The notes under the pieces were generated by a model. That model had not been told where the DNA came from and ran no database searches. It saw only the letters and a list, made by a program, of their open reading frames with translations. Position numbers and translations under genes: made by a program. DNA of 64,000 bases from the human T2T-CHM13v2.0 reference genome, Homo sapiens. Below are positions 40,448 through 54,554 of the stretch, piece after piece. How positions within the stretch are numbered: position 1 is the first letter of the stretch; each line of letters opens with the position of its first letter. Location: the NCBI RefSeq assembly GCF_009914755.1, contig NC_060926.1, one strand, 5' to 3'.

Positions 40448-43400
40448 GTGAGTGCTCCCTGGTCCGCCCGCGTCCCGGGGGAGATCCGTGCGGACGGGAC
40501 GCCGGAGCAGAGCCACTCGGGCCGCGTCCCTGTGGGTCCCGCGACCGTTGTAAGCTACAAACCGGAAAGTGAGCCGGCGGATAGCTTCCTCCTCTAAGCG
40601 ATTAGAAATGGAAGTGCTGTGACCGCTGATTATTTGGTGACCGTGTTGACTTTACAGTTAGGACTTGAGCTACTCACGCATCGTGTTAGCATCAGAGATC
40701 AGAAATCCAGAACAGATAATCATGCCATATTTGTTCTGTTTTTATTTGAAAGAATTCTCACATCTCGAACAGGATATTTTGTTTTGCTTTAGTTTTGGCA
40801 TCTGTACAACTGGCACGGAATCATTTTCCTTTCAAATGTGTTTTAGACGAGTTTAATTTACCTAACTACACTAAATGGGCTTTAATTTTGTTTCTGTTTG
40901 GGGAGCTATTAAAACTAGCTAACTTTGTACTTATAGTTTACTTCTTGAACATGGAATTGTCAGATGGCACTGGAATTCTCAGGGAATAGAACTTTTAAAA
41001 GCATTCAGACTGCATAAATCTGTTTAATTACATGCTTTGGCAACTGGTACAAAAATGTTTGATAAAATACAGAGGAGATGAATCATGTTGCACGTAAATC
41101 TGACTACAGCAAAATGTACTTGTTTCTTATTCCACTTTGCTAGTTGTAAAATCAGGAATGTAGCCTTTAAACTTTTGTTGGTGTTTGCTTTCGAGCATAT
41201 TTTTGCTTTCTCAATTTAGATTTTCTTAATATTTTGTTCAAATATTAGAGTTAGGGTAGTTTGTTTTGTTTTGTTGTGGAAAGTGATTCATATGCCAGTT
41301 TGCCTCCTCTAAAGACAGACAAGATATTGGCTACCATGATATTAATGCCTTGTTTTGATGAATCGACTGGAACCTTATTGAACACTCTTTATTACAGAAC
41401 TCGTACCCTTTATTGGAAGTGTCATAGACCCTTCTGAAATATGATGACATATATGGAATAACTTCTGTTTAAAGATGCACAGAGGCAAATACACTGCTTG
41501 AAGTCCTTGGACCCCAGATTTACAATCTAGCTGTAAATCAATCTCCCAGTTTTCAGATAAGCCTTAGATATTAGATACTTCACTCAAAGTATGGATCAAG
41601 AAATTGTATTAATGTGCTATTGGTTCATTTAATTGTTAAATACTAAAATAGTCTATAATGTAAAAGCTTGAAATTTTGAATGTACATGTTCAAGACCTTT
41701 TGGGTGAGATCTGATAAAACTAGTATCTTTCAGGTTTCCACTTAGAAATGTGTTTGAGAAGTTGTTTTGTAACTTTTACTTAAGTCCTTTAAAGCCTCCA
41801 ATCTGACTCTTTATTTAAATACAGTCCTAAGTACAGTATTGGCTTACTTTAGGTTTCTTAAAATAGGCTTAGCATTACAAATACATTTATAATGTTTTAT
41901 TGTTTAAATTCAAGTGCATATTCAAAAGAATTTTAAAAATTAAGAACAAGAGAAGAATCACACTATAGTTTAATGACATATAGGATTTAAGATTGTATAA
42001 GAGATCCTATCAATTAGACAGTAAATAAGTGCATCTTTTTTGAGACAAATGCAGTAGGCAAATGTTGACATTCACCAGGGCACAGTCAATCCCTGACAAT
42101 TTCAGAAGTTTTGTTGCCAATACTGATTTATGTGGGCAGATTCTGTAGTCTGCTGCTCCTTCTCTCATGGATTACCTTCTTGTTCCTACAGTTGCACCTA
42201 TTCTACACAAGAGTGGCATTCATTTGTATCCAGGAAAGCTAGAACAAGTAGTCTTTTAATCTTGGCTATATTATCACAGATTCGACTTAGGATATGTTGC
42301 ATCTGTATTTTTGTTTTAAATAACAACTCAAGTTCCTTCTCAGAGTTGGGCATCTATGTATTTTGTTTATTATGTACAAATGACCTGAAGACAGCATTTT
42401 ACCCACTTGATAAGTTCTCAAATAGTCTTTGTTTCTTAGTGCCGTCCATATCCTGAATAAAGATACCGTGTTTTCTTTCCTTAAAGGGAGTCTTTATTTT
42501 GATAACCATTTGTGGGGGGACTAAGTAAAAACTGCTTGAATTAACATTTAAGAAATGGTAGAGATTTTGATAGAATTTGGAAGGGAGCAACTATAAAAGT
42601 AAGATATTTGTTTTCGAAGGAGGATTCCTGTTACTCTGCTTATCTACCATTTTCTGTTAGTGCATAGACCAGTAGAGACATCTGTGGACAGAGTAATACA
42701 ATGTTTACATCCAAGAAAGTAGCCATCAGGGAAGGATGACTTTTTAAAGACATACATTAGAATTTTATTAAAATATATGCAAAAAATAGATTAAAGCTTT
42801 TATTAATATATTTATGGTAATTGCTTGTGATTCTTTTACGTTTCAAAAGCACTAAGTTTTAAAGAGCTGCCATTGTTAGTATACTTGTAGAAAGTTTTAA
42901 CCTTTAATTGGCATTTCAGTAACATTTCCTTGAAACTGATATTTTCATGATTGATCCCATGTCTCGTGAATTTTTAACAGCTATAAATTGTTACTGAAGA
43001 AAGGTGTGCATCACAAAACAGACCCTCCAATATAAAACAATGTGTTTCTTACTATAACTTGGTTTCAGAGAATTAAAAGTGTTTATTTTTGTATTTGAAA
43101 AAAAGATATTTCTCTCATCTGTATTTGAACTACAAGAATGAAAAAATTTTAGCAATGGCTAATCTTAATGTTGATTCTCAAGTCAACTTTTTAGTAATTT
43201 TCAAAGTTAAATGAAGAATATATATATTTTTTAGCTTAAAAACAAAGCGAATCTCAAGCTTCTACATTTACATAAAAAGATAGTTGTTGGGGCAAGGGGG
43301 AGGCATTAGGTGATGCTCTGAAATGCTAGTGATAGATTAACAGATGAGGTTTAAGGAAACTATTGGGCCTCATTTCCAACTACTCTTCACTTTTTAATTT

Positions 43401-43816
43401 TATTAAGGTTAAGTTACCTATGACTGAAGATTTGTTTTCTTCTAATTCTGTTTTCTTTTTTGATGGAAGGGGTTGAGAAGAACAGACATTTTCTTAATGC
43501 TTATTGTCAGTCATTCTCTCTTTTTTGCAAAGAAAAATGCCAATTCAAATCATTTGTCATTGCCATTTTTGCCCCTAATTGTTAGCACATCAGACATGAT
43601 TAAATCATTCCTGCTGAACTGACCTGATGGCAGGTATTTGCTTAGTTAGTGAATATTACTTATGTAATCTACTTGCATTCCTTGTGTGTTTTTGGAGGAG
43701 AGTTTAACTGTGATTAGAAGCTTATTGAGCTGTAACTCTTTAAGTAAGGCTGTGTAATGACAACTTTCCAAATAGCCTTTCACAAGACTAAGGCTTATAC
43801 GTTTATATGGTTTCAG

Positions 43817-43866
43817 TACACCTTTGGGAGCCTCACTGGATGAACAAAGCAGTAGTACACTCAAGG
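43817..43866 (+). CDS. ITPRID2: ITPRID2 coding exon 3: TPLGASLDEQSSSTLK
   Basis: Acceptor ggtttcag, donor G|gtaaga. 50 nt, phase 2 to 1, open frame. Confidence 0.9.
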
Positions 43867-44694
43867 GTAAGAGAAGGTTGCCTTTCTAAATCTGTTCTTT
43901 ATGACAGTTCTACTTCTTTGTCCTCTGGGTAAAAGTGTATATATGACTTATAAAAGTGATATTCATGTTTATAGTATATGCTATTCTGAGCTAGAAGCAA
44001 AATGGAGAAACTTTGTTATAAACCGTAAAACAGTAGGGAGTTTAAGCAAATTGCCTAGCCTTTTCACAACGTGAAACTTATATCTTTATTGTCCAGTTAG
44101 GTATTATAAAGACTAATTAAATATGAATATATAATATGCAAATATAAGGAAAATACTTATTGAGTGAACAAAAGTTTAGTCAACTTTCGTGCAGCATTTC
44201 TTTGCTTACATTTACTGAAATTGCCACACCTAAAATTTTACCACCTGTTCAAGACAGAATTCTAAAGTTCAAAGTACAACAAGCATGTGCAGGCAGTGGC
44301 AAGGCATATAAAAAAACATTTACAGTGTCAGGAAAATCCAGCTCCTGACTTAATATGAGATGGATAAGAAGAATATTTGCTCCAGGATCTGGTTTTCCAT
44401 GAAACTCTTGGTATGTAGTCTGATTGAACATCTTCAAAAATATAAGTTTAAAACAGCCTATAGGTTGGCTTCTGAGAACTTTATGTTGCTGGAAAAGTGG
44501 TTTCTTTACGTTAAAGTAAAAGCTTATACCTGCTTCTTGAAGTTATATAATCAGAATAATGTCTGAGTACATTCAAGTCTGAAAGATTTTACTGTATAAG
44601 ATATTTTGCTGGGTGAATTTAACTAAAACAGTGATTTTATATGAGGGTGGAGAGGAACAGAACACCAGGATGAGTTTTCAAATGTGTCTTTCAG

Positions 44695-44751
44695 GTGTGC
44701 TTGTGAGAAATGGAGGAAGTTTTGAAGATGATTTGTCATTGGGAGCTGAAG
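44695..44751 (+). CDS. ITPRID2: ITPRID2 coding exon 4: (G)VLVRNGGSFEDDLSLGAE
   Basis: Acceptor tgtctttcag, donor G|gtatgt. 57 nt, phase 1 to 1. Confidence 0.92.
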
Positions 44752-46666
44752 GTATGTTTGTTTGGAAGAACTGTATTTTTGTGTAGTTTTCAAATTTAAA
44801 AAAAATGAGAAAGCTGAATGGTTTCAGGTTTATGATCCTCAAGCTAAATTTAAAGGTCTTGAAAATGGCTCAGGCATATTTTACATTACCTTTCTTTGTT
44901 AATAATCTAGTCATAGTCTGTAGGATACATGTAGGGATGACTCTGAAAAACTATGTGAAGTGTCCATCTGTCTTTCTTGGACTAAATGCTTAAAGGAACA
45001 GTTTGTAACAAACCGTGGTAATATAACTGAGGGAAGAATTGTCCTGAAAAAGGAAGGACACTTAAATATTTATACATGGGAAAACAAAATTGAAGCTTAT
45101 TTTTAGCGCAAAATAGACTTATGTCATACTTACAGCTGCAGCTTGTCTTTCTCTTTGCATTTAAGTGTCTCCTGTCTTTTCCCCATTTTCCTGATTTTTA
45201 GAAAATTAAAGGGGAAAGACAAAATAGCAGAGCTAATAGAATTTTATTAGAAATCATGCTGGTGTTTATTCCAGAAAGCATTAGATTTTAAAAAGTGTGT
45301 TGTGCTATTTAAAAGTTTTTACAAGTTATGTAATGTTTTCCAGTAGATTTATAATAAAGCTTTCTTGTACAAAAAATAAGAATTTTTAATTATTTTACTG
45401 GTGTTTTAAAAGCTATTTTATAGCTCATTGATCAAATTGCATAGATTATTCATAGCTGTATAGCTCAGTTATTAATGTGTACTTTTTTAAAAAAAACAAG
45501 GATTTTTAAAAAGTCTTTAAAGCTTACAAGTTGGTGAATAGTGAATTTATACATTGAATTTAATATTCTTGATTTTTTCCTGTTTCAAATGCATCTGTAA
45601 AGTAAATTACTTATTTAGAACCTTCTAACATTTAAAACTCTGGAATATGCAAATATATTAGTTCTTATTATTTCTGTTCATATATTTTCAAGCTCTATAA
45701 AGAGCTTAAACTTACTGATTCCCACTCAGTACAATTGAACATGTTGTCAATCCGTTATTAAAATGCACTTTGCACTTTTGATATTTGCCTTGGTAGTTTG
45801 ATAATATTGAATGATTTTATTGGAAACCAGAACCTAAAAAGGAGTCTCATGAAAGAGTAAATCTATTATGTTGTTTTACTGAAAATTATTTCAAGGCTAT
45901 TTCCATTCATTAAGTAAATAATTACTGAGTGCTGTGAGTTAGGCACCTTTCTGGTGGATGTACAAAGAAACACAAAATTGTCATAACTTTGTAGATCAGA
46001 AATGAAAAGCAATTCATGTGTGCTGAAATAGATGTGTTTATAATTAATTTTATTCTTTGTATTTGTCTATAAATTTAACTTTAAACATTAACACTTACCT
46101 GTTTAGAACTTTAAGCTAAAGTTCTATCATAAAGTTGAAAGGCAATTTTTAAAAGAAAGTTTATATTGAAATAAGTAGAAATTTTCATGTTATATGTGTG
46201 AAAAATCAGTTATAACCTTAAAAAAAATTCACATTAGAAACTGACATATACTATTGCCACACTTAATGTTAAATCATGTTTTCCTCTTAAGATATTATTC
46301 ATTAATAGCTTTTAAATTTAATAATTAGTACCACATATATGGTACATATCTTCCTCATTACTTATTTCTAACCTGTTAAAGAAATTTAACTGGTTCCCTA
46401 TACGTTTTTTTATTTTAAGCACTCAAGTGAGAGTAGTTAGTTTCATGTTGCCACAACACAAAAACACCCTTCAAAAGCTCCTGGCCCTGTTCTTATCTAT
46501 CTGTATATCACTTTTAATAATGCAGATTTAATGGACCAAGATAAGTGTTTAATATATTTGGCATTTAATTCTAATATTGTAGGTAATTAGATTTCTTGAT
46601 AATTGTATCATAGTAGTTATAGTCCTACTAACAATTGTGCTCTACGTTTATTGTTTTTACCTGTAG

Positions 46667-46706
46667 CCAACCACCTCCATGAAAGTGATGCTCAAATTGA
46701 AAACTG
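46667..46706 (+). CDS. ITPRID2: ITPRID2 coding exon 5: (A)NHLHESDAQIEN(C)
   Basis: Acceptor tttttacctgtag, donor TG|gtatgt. 40 nt, phase 1 to 2. Confidence 0.88.
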
Positions 46707-46800
46707 GTATGTAGCTGTTTTGTTCTATTTCTTTTAAAAAATGAAGACCTTTAATGAAAATAAAGTTATAAAGTTTTATATAATCTGATTTTGTTCGTAG

Positions 46801-46899
46801 CAATAATATCTTGGCCAAAGAGAGAAGATTACAGTTTCATCAGAAAGGGAGAAGTATGAATTCCACTGGATCTGGGAAAAGTAGTGGGACAGTTTCAAG
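46801..46899 (+). CDS. ITPRID2: ITPRID2 coding exon 6: [32 protein letters not shown]
   Basis: Acceptor ttttgttcgtag after a 94-nt intron, donor AG|gtaact. 99 nt, phase 2 to 2. Confidence 0.92.
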
Positions 46900-47340
46900 G
46901 TAACTTATTCTGAAATTGTGTTGGAATTACATTGTGCTATAGATGACCTACTCTTATCATTTTTTCAATCTTGGATTTGACCTTGATCATATGAAATCAG
47001 AAAGAACACAAAAAGAGCGTTTCCTGTACCAGCACAACTGATAGGAGCTTTTTGTTTTGTTTTGTTTTGTTTTGTTTTACTTTGAGATTAAATAAAATGC
47101 AATAAATAGGCTTATACTGCTGCTGGAACCCATAAATGAGTATTTTGAGCCCTCTCAACAGCCTGAAAGAGGAACTCCATAGCGGAGTAACTTGTAGTTG
47201 TAGAGAACCAAAATTCATTGTTAAGGACTTGAGTTAACTCTGACACAAAAATCAGAATAAATTTTTCTAAGTTACAGCTTGATATTTAAGCATACTTTTT
47301 TTCAACACATTAAACCAAAGATCTTTCAAATATATAGTAT

Positions 47341-47630
47341 AGCCAGGCCCAGTGGCTGACACCGGTAATCCCAGTGCTTTGGAGTGTCAAAGTGGGTGGA
47401 TTACTTGAGCTTAGGAATTCAAGACCAGCCTGAGCAATATGGGGAAACGGCGAAACCCTGTCTTTACAAAAAATGCAAAAATTAGCTGGGTATGGTGGGA
47501 TCCACCTGTAGTCACAACCACTTGGAAGGCTGAAGTGGTACCCAGGAGGTTGAGGCTGCAGTGAGCTATAATTGTGCCACTCCATTTCAACTTGGCTGAC
47601 AGAGTGAGACGCTGTCTCAAAAAAGCCAAA
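47341..47630 (+). mobile_element. AluJ-like element with an internal deletion (intron 6)
   Basis: Alu text with J motifs (cttgagc, ggaggttgaggctgcagtgagctat). Probable TSD atatagtat on both sides. Confidence 0.85.
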
Positions 47631-48417
47631 CAGAAAAATACCCTTGCCCCTCTCCCGCCCGCACATATAGTATATTAAAATACATCAGTGCATGTGCCTA
47701 TGGAATCCAGTTTAAACTGTTATCCAAATTATAATATTAGAATCTGAGCATTTTGTCTGAAACAAATTGAAATGTCTCTCTGTTGAAGTTCCATCTCTAA
47801 CTTTCCTGTTTTCTTCAGTGAGTCTTAGAAAGCTTGGATTATCACTGGTATGAGAGAGAAGGGATACTAAATATTTAATTCCCAATAGGATTAGAGTAGT
47901 TACCTTTGTGTAACCCACACTCTCTGTACCTTACTCCTCCTACTTCCTGAGTGGAAGTGGTTGGAGAGAAGTTGAAAGTAAGCTCCTCCCTCGCTTCTCT
48001 GAAATCAGCTTGTTATCTTTATTGTTCCTCCTAGGACAATTGCCACTCCTAGGACAAGGATAACAGAAAAGCTCAAATTTCACAAAATGTCCCTCAGTTC
48101 CTTTTAATTTCTGCTTTAATCTGTTCATTCCTTATTCTTCATCATCTGTCTTCTACTTGTTTTAGCTGCTTTACAGGGAATCTCTTAAAATGACAAAACA
48201 AATAAGGTGAGGAATCACGTAGGGAATCTCTGACTGTGTTCGTTGGGGTTAGCTCTTTTCTGCAACTCTAGCAACTTGAGACAATGAACCCTTTATAAGG
48301 GCTATTTATTCCCCAGTACACATGTGTAAACATGGTAAAATAAATAATGGTTTCCAGAGCAGAAGCTGAGAAAAAAGATTTTATCACAGGAAATCAGTAA
48401 TATGTATTCATTTATAA

Positions 48418-48708
<291 letters not shown>

Positions 48709-49552
48709 TAGGCATATTATTTTCTTAAATTATAGCATCTACAGCAAGATGGTCTTATTTTAAAGCCTTAATTTTCAGGAATAGCACTGGAAAGTAAAGA
48801 GATTGATTAACGCAAAAGCCATTTTTACATGTTAAAATTAAGCTATTTTATTACTCCATTTATAGTGGTTAATTTGCCTATTTTTCCCCTCCTCCCCAAT
48901 TCCTGACTTAAGTGCTACCATAACTTATTTGCAGAACCTTATTGTTGTCTACAGATTGCTTTTATTCAAGAAGAAAAGAAGTAGGAGAGGAGCCTTGTTA
49001 ATCTTAAATGAAGTCAGTCTGTTTCAGGAACTAGTCTGGCTAATTTGATCAGTTTCACTCATATCTTTGCTTGTTTTCTTTCTGTTAGCCAAAGATTCCA
49101 AAAATAGGATTCCAATCCTGCATTGTTCATGGATCAGTTTTAAGAGATCAATAAATCCCTCACCCTGCAAATTAGGTATAAAATATATGCTTACATGCAT
49201 TTTCTTAGGAGAATTTTGAAAGAGTCTTAATGGAGTTCAAGACTTCAGAATAGAATCACAACTGTAGATTCAATAGCTAGTTCTTTCTGTTTTATTCAAT
49301 GTTGCCATTATGCTTTGTGCTTATTTCTGATTTTTTAAAAATACAAATTCTAGTGCTTAGAGTAAAAATCTTGCTCCTTCCCACCCAGTGAATGTAGAGA
49401 AGGTTTAAGTGTTAGATGAGGAAAAAATAGGGTTTTATAATCTTTGTGATCTAAGTGTAGTTTTTGGAATTCTAAACAATAATATGCATTTAATATATGT
49501 GTATGTATATATATAAATATAAACATATCATTAATATTGTTTCTTTTGGTAG

Positions 49553-50253
49553 GCCGTTTTCGTCAAATTGAAGTGCTTACTACTGTGGCCAATGCGTTTT
49601 CTTCTTTATATTCTCAAGTCTCCGGGACGCCCCTGCAGAGAATTGGAAGTATGTCCTCAGTGACCTCTAACAAGGAGACAGACCCACCTCCACCTTTAAC
49701 TCGAAGTAACACTGCAAATCGTTTAATGAAAACACTCTCAAAACTGAATTTATGTGTTGATAAAACAGAGAAAGGAGAAAGTAGTAGTCCTTCTCCATCA
49801 GCTGAAAAAGGAAAGATTCTAAATGTTTCAGTGATTGAAGAAAGTGGCAATAAAAACGATCAAAAGTCTCAAAAAATTATGAAGAAGAAAGAGTCATCTT
49901 CTATGTTGGCTACAGTTAAAGAAGAAGTCTCTGGTAGTTCAGCAGCTGTTACGGAGAATGCTGATAGTGATAGAATTTCTGATGAAGCAAATAGTAATTT
50001 TAACCAAGGAACTGAAAATGAACAAAGTAAAGAAACTCAAAGTCATGAGAGTAAACTGGGTGAGGAATCTGGTATTGTAGAATCCAAATTAGATAGTGAT
50101 TTCAACATATCCAGCCACAGTGAGCTGGAAAATAGCAGTGAGCTGAAAAGTGTCCATATATCCACACCTGAAAAAGAGCCTTGTGCACCACTGACAATAC
50201 CATCCATAAGAAATATAATGACACAGCAGAAGGACTCCTTCGAAATGGAAGAG
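49553..50253 (+). CDS. ITPRID2: ITPRID2 coding exon 8: [24 protein letters not shown]...[10 protein letters not shown]
   Basis: Lies within the 263-aa ORF 49537-50328. Acceptor ttcttttggtag, donor GAG|gtaggt. 701 nt, phase 1 to 0. Confidence 0.95.
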
Positions 50254-52839
50254 GTAGGTAAAAAATTACTGAGACTGGTTTCAAGTTGCAGACTAGGAAA
50301 AAAAGTACCAAAAATGCTTATAAAATGAGAGGTAGCTAATAGATTTATACTAGAAAAATTTATTCTAATTTTGACTTTCCAGGTTTATGTTTCACAAACC
50401 AAGAATTGGTCTCAGGATAATGTGATGTCGAGGTAATGGGACAGTTCAGTAACTCCTCCAGATCTTTATCCACTAGTTGATATTTGAACCTTAACCCTCT
50501 TTTCTCTCTCAAGGGTAAGATTTTGATGCTCAAGAAAGCCCTGAGAGAGTATATTTAAATTCAAAGCAATATTGCATAATAGTTAGAAACACAGGCTTTG
50601 AAATCAAACAGGGCTTTGAGTTTTGTCTGCCACTGAATGACTGTATGCCTTTGGGCAAGCTTTTCTTAACATATCTCAGTGGTAAGGATATGTGAAGGCG
50701 GCTTTGGGGATAGTTCTTGTTATATGACTGGAAAGAACATGAAGATATTACGTACCTGCATGGGGAGGATAGGGACCCTAGAATTAGCAGGTTTGAAAGG
50801 CCACTGAATAGGGTTTCTGCAAGCCCAAAAGACCAATGTTTGGTTACTTGTTATTTGTGTCCAGTAATATACCTGATAGTTAACATAAATTTTTAATTGG
50901 AAAAGATAAAAGATACTTATTTTGAATGAGGTTCAGCTAAAACTGCTTCTGAATAGTAGGAGCTGAATAGCTTGGGGCAGGAAAACTGATTTTACCAAGC
51001 ATCTACCCTGTGCTGGGCACTGTTCTTGGCTCTTGAAGTACTTCATTGCAGTCTGTGAGGCACATGGTAGTGGTCTCATTTTATACATGAGGAAACTGAG
51101 GCATATGTATGCTAATGAAGAGTTGTGGCTATAAATTATATAATGCGCAATTTGTCTTTTGTAATTTATTACATTAGATGCGTTTTAGTAATAGTTCACA
51201 GTAGTTTTAACATCACACACCATTATTTTAGGGAATTAGAAAATGAAATAATTGATTCAGCTCATAAATGTCCTCTTAGGTGAGTGTCTCTCTCTCTTGC
51301 TCCCTCCCTCCCTCCCTCAGATTAGTGAAGATTTTTCATTTATTGTAAAATTTCAGTTGCTGATACAGATTTTTGCCTTTTTGTGGTCTGTTAATACTTT
51401 AATTACAACTGAATAGTGAAATAAAAAGGGAGTAGGAGCAGCACCTTGGAATATTTTACATTTTGAGCTTTTTTTCTTTTATTTCTTTGTATATGTTTAT
51501 ATTTCTTCTATCTTTTTACCTCCTGGTATAATTTATTTCTCATCGTAATGAGTATGGAAGATGACTGTGATGACTACATTAAAACCTCTGTTTGTTCTTT
51601 TTCACTCTGATAACTTTTTGACTTTGTTTTGGTCTAAACTTGTTCCAGCACTCATAATTAAAGTGTAAATTTTTGCCTACCATTAGGGCCCTCTTCTATG
51701 ACAATTAGATATGGCAGTTAATTTCCTTGTTTAATACAATAGCAGAGCATAAAGATCTAAACAAATTATGTTAGGTAATTGCAAATCTGATATTGGCGAC
51801 TCCGAGTGAACAACACTCATATTTTCAAGTAAGTCACTCTTCAAAGAAGTCAAGGAAGTTTATTTTTAATTTCTAAAATTCCTGAATTCTAAGCTGTAGT
51901 TTTTAAAATTTTTTAAGATGCCATACACAAAAGGTTTTTTAAACACTTATAAAGTGCTAGATGTACTTTTGTGGCAAGTTAACCTTTAATGATAGTCTGG
52001 GGGTTTTTTGCCCCCTCTACTGGCAAAAAAGGTTAATGAAGAAAGCAATGTAGCATTGACGTGAACATTTTTTTGAAGTACAAGATTACATGCATTGGTG
52101 GAAGAATAATGGGAGATTTTTTTTTTAAATGAATTTATGGTCGACCACAGCTACATTGTAAATATGGGGAATTTTAAAGAAAATAATGTATCTTCAGATA
52201 TATTTAAAATATGGATAAAAACCTCCTGGAAGTGTGTTTTCATCCCTAAGGGAACATTAAAGAGAGCTTGTAGAACAATGGATAAAGAAAGGAAATAATG
52301 TGTTAACTTTAATTTCCTCTTCTCCCAAACACTTGAATCATATTGACAAATGAAGAGAACAATCTTATTGAAACTGACTTTTAGATCCTATTCAGTGTAG
52401 TTTGTTGCTATTTTTCTTTTGGACCTCTTTCCATGAGGTTTGATTCTTGCTGGGAATTTTCTTCTTGTGAAAACCATGAGTAAATATAAGTTAGAGCTCC
52501 CTCTGTCTCAGTAAATCAGTTCTCAGAAACATTATCTGAGCATGAGCTGCTTTAGGAAGCTAGGAAGGAGAAAATGTTGCAGATATGTTGACTGCATGAA
52601 GCTGCCTAATCCATCTGAGACAAGAGGTAAGATCCAACAGTCACCAGAAGCAAAGAGACAAAATACTTAAATGTAAAGAGAGCTAAATAGATGATGAGAC
52701 TGCTCCTGGCCTGGTACAATGAAGTGTCTGTTTCTTATGTTAGAAAAGGAAAAGGCCAGAGACTTTCAGTTAAAAGTCAACTTGCCTTATAAAGTGTCTT
52801 GTAGACTGTTTAAAATAGTTATGAATGTTTATAACGATG

Positions 52840-53139
52840 TTTTTTCTTTTTTTTTTTTTTTTGAGACGGAGTCGCGCATTGTCACCCGGGAGTGCAGTGG
52901 TGCAATCTTGGCTAACTGCAACGTCTGCCTCCTGGGTTCATGTAATTCTCCTGCCTCAGCTTCCTGAGTAGCTGGGATTACAGGCACATACCACCACAGC
53001 CAGCTAATTTTTTGTATTTTTAGTAGAGATGGGGTTTCACTACGTTGGCCAGGCTGGTCTCAAACTCCTGACCTCGTGATCTGACCACCTCGGCCTCCCA
53101 AAATGCTGGGATTACAGGTGTGAGCCACCACACCCAGCC
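52840..53139 (-). mobile_element. AluS (Sg-like) element in intron 8
   Basis: T tract, then gagacggagtc...ggccaggctggtctcaaactcctgacctcgtgatc. tataac is repeated on both flanks. Confidence 0.9.
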
Positions 53140-54247
53140 TATAACTATTTATAAAAAGTTATTAAATCCTGTTCTTGAATTTCTAATTATTCCAAATGAC
53201 TTGCTTCATTAATTCTTGTGTTCTTCTTGAATGGCTTATTTTGAATACGTCATGGTAACTCTCTGAAGCCATAGATTAGTAGTGTGAATGATTCACAAGT
53301 TAAACCAAAATGATCCTTCTCAAGCAGATGTTCATCTTTTAGATGTAAAGGAAAAACTTAAGAAGGAGAACTTTTATCTCAGCATTTCTGTAAGAAGTTG
53401 ACTGTGTGGTCTTCTTGACCTTTAAATGAATTTTTATTTAAATATAACCATTATTGGATATACACATAATCTTTTTTAAGCTACTGATGTGTTAGTAACT
53501 GTTTCTAATCCTGTCTTCATACTAATTATTGATTTAACTAATGTACTTGACTTCTCATTTTTAGCTGTTAAGTTTTAGGATTTTTCTATGTTTATTGGTC
53601 TGAGTTAAAATAATCCCACATCAGTCAGATATTTGACAGATAATTAAGTTGTTCCTTTGGCCTTTTAAATGTAACTGTGTATGTTTTGAAGATAAGCCTG
53701 CCCTGGAATATGAACTCTAACATATGACATGCACAGATATCTGCTACTCTAAAGCCCAATTAACCACTGTTTTGTTATTTGATATTTACCTAAAAGACCT
53801 TAGTCAATTTTTATTGAAAATTTACCTGACAGTAAAAATAAATGATATTTTTGTGTGTATGTGTAAAACTCGATAGTATTTGTTTAAGATAAACATTTGC
53901 AAGTAATTTATAGAATCATAAACTAGTACGGAAAGAGATACTTTATTCATTTTCTAGTTTCTTCCCTTTACAAATGAGGAAGCATCCCCTCCCTCATTTG
54001 ATATTGTTTTATAGCAGTGGTTCTTCACCATCTTTCTGAGGGCTATAATATTCCTTTTGATATCAGTGCTTCACAGGGGGAAGGAGCACAGCGGGTGTCA
54101 GTGGAGGATGGCAGAGGAGGATCTCCTGTTGTACATTCTTACTACTTTACTGTTTGAAAGTACTTTGACTTACAGTTACATTTGATCACCCCAAGGACCT
54201 ATGAGGTAGAAATTTTAATTTTAATTTTGCTGTTAATTTTAATTTTG

Positions 54248-54554
54248 AGGCTGAGCATGGTGATTCACACCTGTAATCCCAGCACTGTGTGGAGGCTGAG
54301 GCAGGAGGATCACTTGAGCCCAGAAGTTAGAGACCAGCCTGGACAACATAGCATGACTTGTCTCTACAAATAGTTTTAAAATTAGCCGTGCATGGTGGTG
54401 CATGTCTGTAGTCCCACTTCTCCAAAGGCTGAGGTGGGAGAATCACTTGAGCCCAGGCAGTTGAGGCTGCAGTGAGCCATGATTCCACCACTGCACTCCA
54501 GCCTGGGCAACAGAACGAGACCTTGTTTCAAAAAAATGAAATAAAAAAAAAAAA
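54248..54554 (+). mobile_element. AluJ-like element in intron 8
   Basis: ggaggatcacttgagccc...gaggctgcagtgagccatgatt...gagaccttgtttc followed by an A-tail. Confidence 0.9.

Larger units (their letters stand above)
39395..40580 (+). promoter_or_regulatory. ITPRID2: CpG-island promoter of ITPRID2, spanning the 5' region, exon 1, intron 1 and exon 2
   Basis: Abrupt switch to very GC- and CpG-rich DNA. GC box ccccgccc at 39446, ETS-like ccggaag at 39477 abutting an SP/KLF-like gggggcgtggg, and no TATA box. The TSS cannot be fixed from sequence. Confidence 0.92.
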
